A program made the position numbers and the translations under genes. A model generated the notes under the pieces. The model saw only the letters and a list, made by a program, of their open reading frames with translations. It had not been told where the DNA came from and did not search any database. A stretch of DNA of 64,000 nucleotides from Bacteroidales bacterium (GTDB lineage: Bacteria; Bacteroidota; Bacteroidia; Bacteroidales; VadinHA17). This document shows positions 57,137-64,000 of this stretch, piece after piece (the stretch's first letter is position 1; each line of letters opens with the position of its first letter). Location of the stretch: positions 31,776-95,775 of the forward strand of contig JAVVEL010000002.1 of the NCBI GenBank assembly GCA_032260385.1. Reading direction: 5' to 3'.

Positions 57137-58498
57137 ATGAAATACAGAATCGAAAAGGATGCGCTGGGTGATGTAAAAGTACCTGCTGATGCATTATACG
57201 GGGCACAAACACAGCGGGCAGTTGAGAATTTTCCTGTCAGCGGCTTAAGACTGCAGAAGCCCTTTATTATCTTCCTGGCTTTGATCAAGAAGAATGCCGC
57301 AAAGGTAAACGGGGAACTGGAACTGATTGATAAAAGGATATCAGATGCTCTTATAGAAGCAGCACAGGAGATTATAGAAGGGAAACATGACGGGGAATTT
57401 GTCGTGGATGTCTTCCAGACAGGCTCGGGTACTTCCACTAATATGAATATGAATGAGGTAATCGCCACCAGGGCAAATCAAATCCTCTCTGCCAAAGAAA
57501 TTAATGATGTCAGGGTTCATCCCAATGATCATGTGAACCTATGCCAGTCGAGTAATGATGTTATTCCTTCCGCCATCAATATTTCTGCCTTATACCTGAT
57601 AGAACGTGATCTCCTTCCGTCCCTTACCTGTCTGAAAGATGCCCTGGTTGAAAAAAGTATGGCTTTCTCAGGTATTCAAAAACTGGGCAGAACTCATCTC
57701 CAGGATGCTGTTCTCATGACACTGGGCGATGAATTTTCGGGATACGCAAGTCAGCTTGAAAAAGATATGGAAATGATGAATGCAGTAAAAGGCAGTTTAC
57801 TGGAACTAAGCCTTGGAGGGACGGCAGTGGGGACGGGAATCAATGCCCATCCTGCATTTGCAGAAAGAATCATTAAGAATATAGCTGACGAAACAGGTTT
57901 GTATTTTAAGGAGTCAAGAAATCATTTTGCTTCCCAGGCAGCACAGGACGATTCAGTGGCCCTGAGCGGTGTCCTGAAAACTATTGCCGTAAGCCTTGGC
58001 AAAATTGCCAATGATATAAGGTGGTTGTCTTCTGGGCCAAGGGCAGGAATTGGTGAGATCAGCCTGCCATCCGTACAGCCGGGTTCCTCAATTATGCCCG
58101 GAAAAGTAAACCCTGTAATCCCCGAGGCTGTACTCCAGGTGGCAGCCCAGGTTACAGGCAATGATGCCACAATAACTACTGCGGCACAGGGTGGTAATTT
58201 TGAGCTCAATACCATGTTGCCCTTAATTGCTTATAATCTTTTGCAGTCGTTGGAGATTTTATCCTCAGCCTCTGTAATGTTTTCTGAAAAATGCATTAAG
58301 GGCATAAGAGCCAATAAGGAAAAATGCAAATCAAACGTTGAGAACAGCCTCGATATAGCAGTAAAACTGATTCCCTATATAGGATATGATAAGGCCTCAG
58401 AAATAGCTAAAACAGCCTACAGGGAAGGCAAAACGGTCAGGCAGGTGGTGGAAGGGGAGAAGCTTTTAAGCCAGGAACAGATGAAAGAAGTATTTTAA
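57137..58498 (+). CDS. Class-II fumarase / aspartate ammonia-lyase family lyase; the SS-loop context favours AspA
   Basis: GSSIMPGKVNPVIPE is AspA-like (FumC has NPTQCE), but QTGSGT and EFSGY are FumC-like, so the assignment within the family is uncertain. Confidence 0.8.
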   Translation: MKYRIEKDALGDVKVPADALYGAQTQRAVENFPVSGLRLQKPFIIFLALIKKNAAKVNGELELIDKRISDALIEAAQEIIEGKHDGEFVVDVFQTGSGTSTNMNMNEVIATRANQILSAKEINDVRVHPNDHVNLCQSSNDVIPSAINISALYLIERDLLPSLTCLKDALVEKSMAFSGIQKLGRTHLQDAVLMTLGDEFSGYASQLEKDMEMMNAVKGSLLELSLGGTAVGTGINAHPAFAERIIKNIADETGLYFKESRNHFASQAAQDDSVALSGVLKTIAVSLGKIANDIRWLSSGPRAGIGEISLPSVQPGSSIMPGKVNPVIPEAVLQVAAQVTGNDATITTAAQGGNFELNTMLPLIAYNLLQSLEILSSASVMFSEKCIKGIRANKEKCKSNVENSLDIAVKLIPYIGYDKASEIAKTAYREGKTVRQVVEGEKLLSQEQMKEVF

Positions 58499-58571
58499 TT
58501 GCAAGCTTACCAGGAGCTTCTATTAGACTTGCCCTGCATCAAATGCAAATGAATTTTGAAAAAATAGTGAA

Positions 58572-61500
58572 ATGAAAACTCCAATAATCAAACTATTAGT
58601 TATTTTATTTCTTGTGAGCTGTTCTTCAAAGAAAGAGCCGGAATCAGTTTCTCCTGTCAACAGTTGTTCCATGCTTAAAAGCCTCTTTGCAGACCCCCCG
58701 TCTGAATACCGCAGTGCACCGCTCTGGAACTGGAATGAAGAAATTACAAAGGAAGGTATCAGTTTTCAGATGGGTGAATTTAAAAAGGCCGGCATTGGTG
58801 GTGTTTTTGTACATCCGCGGCCGGGTTTGCTAAACGAGTACCTGTCAGATGAATGGTTTCAACTGTTCGACTTTACAGTTCAGAAAGGCCGGGAACTGGA
58901 TATGAAAGTATGGATTTATGATGAAAATTCCTATCCATCCGGTTTTGCGGGTGGGCATGTTCCGGCTCAGATGCCTGATTCTTATCAAAATGGTACCGGT
59001 TTAAAAATGGAAGTACAGAATGAATTACAGGTCTTGCCCTCTGATACCATTGAAGTTATTCTGAAAAAAAACGAAACAGGTTTTACAGATGTCACTGCAC
59101 TGTATGAACAAGAAATGGGGCACCAGGGCACCTACTATGTGTTTCGTAAAACTTATCCTTCACGTTCTCCATGGTATGGAGGCTTTACTTATGTCGATCT
59201 CTTACATGAAGGGGTTACTGAAAAGTTTCTTGAAATTACCATGACCAGGGGTTACGAACGGAATAAAGCAGACTTCGGGACAACAGTGCTGGGTGTATTT
59301 ACCGATGAACCCAATCTTGAGGCAGCATTGTCACACGGTAGCCTTATACGCTGGACTCCCGGTTTGTGGGATGCTTTCCGGGAAAGGTGGGGATATGACT
59401 TGAAGATTCATCTTCCTTCACTGGTGGATGAAACCGGTAACTGGAAGAAAGTGCGGCATGATTATTATGAGCTCATCCTTGAGCTTTTTATTGAAAGATG
59501 GGCAAAACCATGGAGCACATACTGCGACGACAATGGTTTGAAATGGACCGGTCACTACTGGGAACATGGATGGCCCGTGCCCACGGATGGCCTTGACGAG
59601 GCTGCCTTCTACATCTGGCACCAGCAGCCCGGGATTGACATGCTGGGCAACCAGATGTTACCACAAGGCCTGGGCGGCCAGTTTGGTAATGACAGGGCAG
59701 TACGCGAACTTCGCAGCGCAGCAAACCAGGCAGGGAGAATTCGCACCTTAAGTGAGACATATGGTGGAGGAGGATGGGAGATGAGCTTTGAAAAACAAAA
59801 ACGGCTGCTTGACTGGCAATGTGTCCTGGGTGTTAATTTTGTTAACCAGCATCTGTCCTATTATTCTTTGAACGGGGTACGTAAATTTGACTACCCACCG
59901 TCCTTTTCCTACCATGAACCATGGTGGAAACACTATAAGCTGATGGGCGATTATATTGGCCGGATTTCGCTGGCTATGTCATCCGGTCAGCAAATTAATA
60001 AAACACTCGTTCTGCAACCCAATACATCTGCCTGGATGTATTTTTCAAGAAAGGGAAATAATCCAACAATTGATACTATCCAAAATGGGTTTAAGCATTT
60101 TGTTTACCTCCTGGAGCAACATCACCTGGAGTACGATCTTGGATCTGAATATGTACTGAAAACACTCGGAGCAGTTCAAGGTGATAGGCTGTGTCTTGGC
60201 CAGCGCAGCTACTCCCTGGTGGTGATCCCTGCAGAAATGGAAAATATCGATGCCGGCACCTTCCGCTTGCTCGATGCATACATGGCAGAAGGAGGTAAAG
60301 TTTTGTCTTTTCGCCAGGATATACCATACCTGGATGGAGAAAAATCTCCCCGGGTTAACGAACTCGCTGCCTCATACCCCGGTCAGTGGACTGTGGTTGA
60401 AAACCTGTCTGAACAGGCAGTCTTAAATATGCTGGCTAACCCTGAATTTGAAATGAAAGATATTACATCCAGTGGTATGTTATACCACCAGCGCCGGATT
60501 CTGGATGACGGACAGGTCTTGTTTGTGGTGAATTCTCATCCGGATAATAGAGCCTCGGCAGAGGTGTCATTACAAGGGAATCATGTTACCCTGCTTGATC
60601 TGCTTACCGGGGAAGTGGCCAACTACCCTGCCCAGGTAAGAAACGGGTGCTTGACTTTTTCTTTTGACCTTGCTCCTGCAGGCAGTAAACTGTTTGCCAT
60701 AACTGCTGAGCCCCTGACTGATAAAAAATTTGTGCCTTCATCAAAAAACGGATCGCAAATGAAATGTACAGGTGATCTACAGGTTAAAAGACTATCAGAC
60801 AATGTGCTGGTTGTTAACTACCTCGACCTGGAAACAGCTGACACAGACAGGAAAGAGCTCTATTTTATGGAAGCCCTTAACCTCTTATTCAGGGAAAATG
60901 GAATTGACATGGGGAATCCGTGGCAGCATAAGATACAGTACAGGAGAAATTATCTCGATCTGGACTCATTATTTACCCCTGAATCATGGTTTAATGCCAC
61001 TTATCATTTTACAATCCGGGAAAATTTAGATTTTAACGCAATGCAAAACATACGTGCTGTGGTTGAACGTCCGGAATTATGGACAGTGTACCTTAATGGT
61101 CAGGAAGTTGAAAAAATACCGGGAGAGCATTGGATCGATAAGGCCTTCCCTCTGTTCCATGTAGGTCCATTTCTGCAATACGGGGAAAATACGCTGACAC
61201 TGAAAGCACCCCGCATGAACATTTTAGCAGAAGTAATGCCTGTTTACCTGCTGGGAGATTTTTTAGTTGAACCTGAAGAAAAAGGATTTGAGATAAGCGG
61301 TGGTGAAATTAGTGGTACCGGTTCATGGCAGGACGCTGGATTACCCTTTTATTCACAGGAAATTAGCTATTCTTTGAATTTTAATGTCGGGGATCTCTCA
61401 GGTTCAACATATAAAGTTCAGCTGGGCGACTGGAAGGGTAGCCTGGCTGAAGTCCTGGTGAATGGGGTGAAAGCCGGTCTAATCGCATGGCAGCTTGGTG

Positions 61501-61736
61501 AGCTGGATGTAACTGAATGGATGAAACCAGGAACTAATATGATTACTGTCAACGTTACCGGAAGTCTGAAAAATACTTTTGGGTTTTTCTATGAGGATAA
61601 TGATAGCTGGATTTTTGGCCCGTTCTCATGGAACAGCGCGCCTGCGAAAATACCCCCGGCTTCGGATTATTACCTGATGGACTACGGGCTTTTTGAACCC
61701 TTTAAACTTATCCGCACAAATAATCCTGACAAATAA
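58572..61736 (+). CDS. Large secreted glycoside hydrolase lipoprotein (GH106-like N-terminal pattern); family uncertain
   Basis: Lipobox LFLVSCSS, and FADPPSEYRSAPLWNWNEEIT...KKAGIGGVFVHPRPGL as in Bacteroidota rhamnosidase-like glycoside hydrolases. Confidence 0.55.
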   Translation: MKTPIIKLLVILFLVSCSSKKEPESVSPVNSCSMLKSLFADPPSEYRSAPLWNWNEEITKEGISFQMGEFKKAGIGGVFVHPRPGLLNEYLSDEWFQLFDFTVQKGRELDMKVWIYDENSYPSGFAGGHVPAQMPDSYQNGTGLKMEVQNELQVLPSDTIEVILKKNETGFTDVTALYEQEMGHQGTYYVFRKTYPSRSPWYGGFTYVDLLHEGVTEKFLEITMTRGYERNKADFGTTVLGVFTDEPNLEAALSHGSLIRWTPGLWDAFRERWGYDLKIHLPSLVDETGNWKKVRHDYYELILELFIERWAKPWSTYCDDNGLKWTGHYWEHGWPVPTDGLDEAAFYIWHQQPGIDMLGNQMLPQGLGGQFGNDRAVRELRSAANQAGRIRTLSETYGGGGWEMSFEKQKRLLDWQCVLGVNFVNQHLSYYSLNGVRKFDYPPSFSYHEPWWKHYKLMGDYIGRISLAMSSGQQINKTLVLQPNTSAWMYFSRKGNNPTIDTIQNGFKHFVYLLEQHHLEYDLGSEYVLKTLGAVQGDRLCLGQRSYSLVVIPAEMENIDAGTFRLLDAYMAEGGKVLSFRQDIPYLDGEKSPRVNELAASYPGQWTVVENLSEQAVLNMLANPEFEMKDITSSGMLYHQRRILDDGQVLFVVNSHPDNRASAEVSLQGNHVTLLDLLTGEVANYPAQVRNGCLTFSFDLAPAGSKLFAITAEPLTDKKFVPSSKNGSQMKCTGDLQVKRLSDNVLVVNYLDLETADTDRKELYFMEALNLLFRENGIDMGNPWQHKIQYRRNYLDLDSLFTPESWFNATYHFTIRENLDFNAMQNIRAVVERPELWTVYLNGQEVEKIPGEHWIDKAFPLFHVGPFLQYGENTLTLKAPRMNILAEVMPVYLLGDFLVEPEEKGFEISGGEISGTGSWQDAGLPFYSQEISYSLNFNVGDLSGSTYKVQLGDWKGSLAEVLVNGVKAGLIAWQLGELDVTEWMKPGTNMITVNVTGSLKNTFGFFYEDNDSWIFGPFSWNSAPAKIPPASDYYLMDYGLFEPFKLIRTNNPDK

Positions 61737-62094
61737 GATTAAACTTGCTCGTAAAGAAGACGCAGAATTTGAAGCCTTGACGGGTGGTAAAATGGCCATG
61801 AACGGACAGATAATGGATGAGGCAGGTCCCGGTAGCGGACCCGCCGGCGCTCAAATGTTATTACAGTCCCATAACGGAATAATCCATCTGCTACCGGCCC
61901 TGCCGGCTGCCTGGGACGAAGGCAGTGTTAAAGGGCTGATGCCCCGTGGAGGCTTTGAATGTGATATTTCGTGGAAGGATGGAAAACTCACAAAAGCAGT
62001 GATACGTACCGAGAAAGGAGGCCAGGTAGAGGTAAAATATGGTAATGAGCACTTCCCGGTTGTCCTCCAACCAGATGAAGAGTTCGTTTATTAA
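61737..62094 (+). pseudogene. Remnant of the C-terminus of a GH95-type alpha-L-fucosidase
   Basis: AQMLLQSHNGIIHLLPALPAAWDEGSVKGLMPRGGFECDISWKDGKL matches the conserved GH95 C-terminal block. Only about 110 aa remain, and they start right after the stop of the upstream glycoside hydrolase. Confidence 0.6.
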
Positions 62095-62169
62095 CCCACC
62101 CTGCCCGGTTCCATTATTGCATTATTCCAAATACTGTTATCTTTGATGCTTTAACTACTAAGTTGACAG

Positions 62170-63069
62170 ATGGAAGCCAGCCTGTTTTCACAATATATCC
62201 TGCCGGTAACACTGGCCCTTATAATGATTACCCTGGGCCTGTCACTCAATTTCGGGGATTTCAAGACTATTTTTGCTACACCAAAAGCACTTATCACGGG
62301 TCTTGCATGCCAGATGTTATTATTGCCGGCCATAGCTTTCACCATAGCTTCTTTAAGCAGCCTGCCAGGCCCTATCAAACTGGGTATTGTGCTCATATCA
62401 ATCTGTCCGGGCGGGGCCACATCAAACCTGATAACCTATCTGCTTAAAGGTGACGTTGCCTTATCAATTTCACTTACTTCCATAAACAGCATACTTATAC
62501 TCTTTACCATTCCTGCTTTCGTTATGCTTGCAGGCAGGATGTTTATGGCAGAAGAAGCGCTTGTAACTATGCCGTTTGGTTCAACCATACTAAAGATCTT
62601 CCTCATGATATTACTACCCACGGCAGTTGGCATAATTATCCGTCAACGATTTCCAAAAAAGGCAGGGGTGGTGGAAAAATACATGAAATACATAACAACG
62701 ATATTGCTTGCCGTCGTTTACCTTTTTGTCATAATTACAAGCAATAATGAGAGCGAACACCCCATGCAACTCTACCTGAGAATAGCACCCCTCGTCTTAT
62801 TGCTCAATTTGTCAGGTATGGGTTCCGGGTATTTCCTGGGGCGCTGGCTCAGGTTCCGGAAACCAAAACTGGTTACACTTTCCGTCGAGGTGGGGATACA
62901 GAACAGTGCCCTGGCAATCACCATCGCAAGCAGCCCTGTCTTTCTCAACGATACAAGCATGGCTCTCCCGGCGGTAATCTACGGGATGTTCACATTTTTC
63001 AATGCAATACTCTTCGGCATGATCGTCAACCGCTGGCACAATATAAAGGGAAGGATAAAGTATATCTGA
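62170..63069 (+). CDS. Bile acid:sodium symporter (BASS)-family transporter
   Basis: ISICPGGATSNL, EVGIQNSALA and about 9 TM segments. Confidence 0.85.
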   Translation: MEASLFSQYILPVTLALIMITLGLSLNFGDFKTIFATPKALITGLACQMLLLPAIAFTIASLSSLPGPIKLGIVLISICPGGATSNLITYLLKGDVALSISLTSINSILILFTIPAFVMLAGRMFMAEEALVTMPFGSTILKIFLMILLPTAVGIIIRQRFPKKAGVVEKYMKYITTILLAVVYLFVIITSNNESEHPMQLYLRIAPLVLLLNLSGMGSGYFLGRWLRFRKPKLVTLSVEVGIQNSALAITIASSPVFLNDTSMALPAVIYGMFTFFNAILFGMIVNRWHNIKGRIKYI

Positions 63070-63090
63070 TACCCTTTCCGGTGGCCTTTA

Positions 63091-64000
63091 TCATTTCAAT
63101 TCCACTTCCACTGATTTACTCCCTGCTTTCCTGGATTCATAATCTACAACCACCTTTCCTTTTCCATTCACCAGGAACTGGTACTCAAGCTTGTCGAAAC
63201 CGGGAACCTGGCAAAATTGTATATGAGGCTTATGTTTTTTATAGTCAACCACGTCATTGTATGCATCGGTAAGTTTGCCGCCACTCACAACAGTAGCTGA
63301 GTTACAGCTAAGGGTAAGCATATCCTGGGGATACAATTTATTATTGACGCTGCTGTAAAGCATTGAGGACATAGCCCCGGAATTTACCAGCCTTACTCTT
63401 ATCCTGTACAGGTTTTTGTCAATTTTTTTTGTTTCGAATACTTCAAGTTTAACATCAGGTGTCTGCCCTGCAGCGAATATCACTGCCGAAGCGTTCCTGT
63501 GAACAAGGTCCTGCAACATAAAGGGGTGGGGCAGCCTTGAACTCATTTTTGCCCATCCTCCGATCTCGATGTCACCATATACCGGGTGATCATAAGCTTT
63601 CCATTCATGATATAATTCACCCTGGGTTACATGGTCATTGTATTTCAGCCTTATTCTGTCCTGTTCATTACTGCCTTCAAAAAGGCTCTGGCCCTCACTT
63701 TTCCTGAACAATGTCCCGTCATAGGTTTCTGTTTCAACCTGGAAAAGTTCACCCACAAAAGAATATGAACCTATAATATTATCGCAGAAATCGGTAAAAT
63801 CACCATAGGTAGCATACAGATCCTTCCAGCTTATCAGATACCTGTAGCCGGGTACGATCTTTTCAGCATTTTTACCCAGGTAGTCATAGACTGATATATC
63901 TCCCGGGTGAAGTTCTCCTTCTGCCTTTACTGACGGACCTCTGAGATACATTCCTCCATTGTTGTGAAAAGCAAATACCATAATAATATTTGGTCGGGCT
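63091..64000 (-). CDS. C-terminal part of an M14-like metallopeptidase; its 5' end lies beyond the window
   Basis: The frame stays open upstream of the tracked Met (ARPNII-MVFAFHNNGGMYLRGP). FHNNGG is typical of M14-family Bacteroidota peptidases. Confidence 0.45.
   Translation of the reverse strand, partial: ARPNIIMVFAFHNNGGMYLRGPSVKAEGELHPGDISVYDYLGKNAEKIVPGYRYLISWKDLYATYGDFTDFCDNIIGSYSFVGELFQVETETYDGTLFRKSEGQSLFEGSNEQDRIRLKYNDHVTQGELYHEWKAYDHPVYGDIEIGGWAKMSSRLPHPFMLQDLVHRNASAVIFAAGQTPDVKLEVFETKKIDKNLYRIRVRLVNSGAMSSMLYSSVNNKLYPQDMLTLSCNSATVVSGGKLTDAYNDVVDYKKHKPHIQFCQVPGFDKLEYQFLVNGKGKVVVDYESRKAGSKSVEVELK

Noticed and set aside
61693-61736. The tracked start of the 133-aa ORF, which would make the GH95-like fragment an intact small gene overlapping the glycoside hydrolase 3' end.
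   Set aside because: The N-terminal residues come from the overlap with the upstream gene and carry no signal or domain. The recognisable part is only a C-terminal GH95 block, so I call it a remnant rather than a gene.
1-64000. Searched by eye for CRISPR arrays, rRNA/tRNA genes, transposases, integrases, phage genes, and classical defence genes (restriction-modification, Cas, abortive infection and similar).
   Set aside because: No spaced direct-repeat arrays were seen. No ORF has DDE, tyrosine-recombinase or serine-recombinase motifs, or nuclease/helicase defence architectures. The only repeats are those listed as features.

Overview
This 64-kb chromosomal window looks like an anaerobic, fermentative member of the Bacteroidota. 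Supporting signs are gldF/gldG-type gliding ABC genes, surE-lpxB synteny, a DUF3078-like outer-membrane protein, TAnnTTTG-type promoter boxes and futalosine-pathway mqnA. I can support about 55 protein genes. I see no rRNA or tRNA gene, no CRISPR array, and no transposase or integrase. From 21.5 to 64 kb the content is mostly housekeeping: ADP-forming acyl-CoA synthetase, an aminotransferase, a four-subunit 2-oxoacid:ferredoxin oxidoreductase, nadD, gmk, yicC, a MATE pump, pheT, surE, lpxB, SpoIID, GldF-GldG, dnaN, purB, an MsbA-like ABC exporter, an AspA/FumC-family lyase, a large glycoside hydrolase and a BASS transporter. The stand-out region is 3.97-21.3 kb, an [FeFe]-hydrogenase locus with three H-cluster-domain proteins. 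One is a CpI-like HydA encoded with NuoE/NuoF-like HydC/HydB. The other two are paralogous sensory-type H-domain proteins with different outputs: one has a PAS domain and is co-operonic with a PP2C phosphatase and a small [2Fe-2S] ferredoxin, and the other is fused directly to a histidine kinase. Also in the locus are a stand-alone receiver, a receiver-histidine kinase hybrid, Rex, a RibF-like protein, maturases HydG and HydE, and a tandem TM1266-like regulator. None of the three H-domains keeps the canonical TSCCP proton-relay cysteine; the residues are His, Asn and Asp. HydA also lacks most of the CpI proton-pathway residues, and the HydB N-terminal thioredoxin-like domain has lost its cluster cysteines. 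The 276-bp divergent control region carries a Rex-operator-like palindrome, and it shares an identical 16-mer promoter block with the rex upstream region. Smaller observations are a ~65-bp repeated intergenic element present twice, a hexanucleotide tandem repeat, an 11-bp tandem repeat, a GH95 C-terminal gene remnant, and a metallophosphoesterase whose in-frame TM segment has no canonical start codon. All functional calls come from motif recognition by eye. No database search was run.
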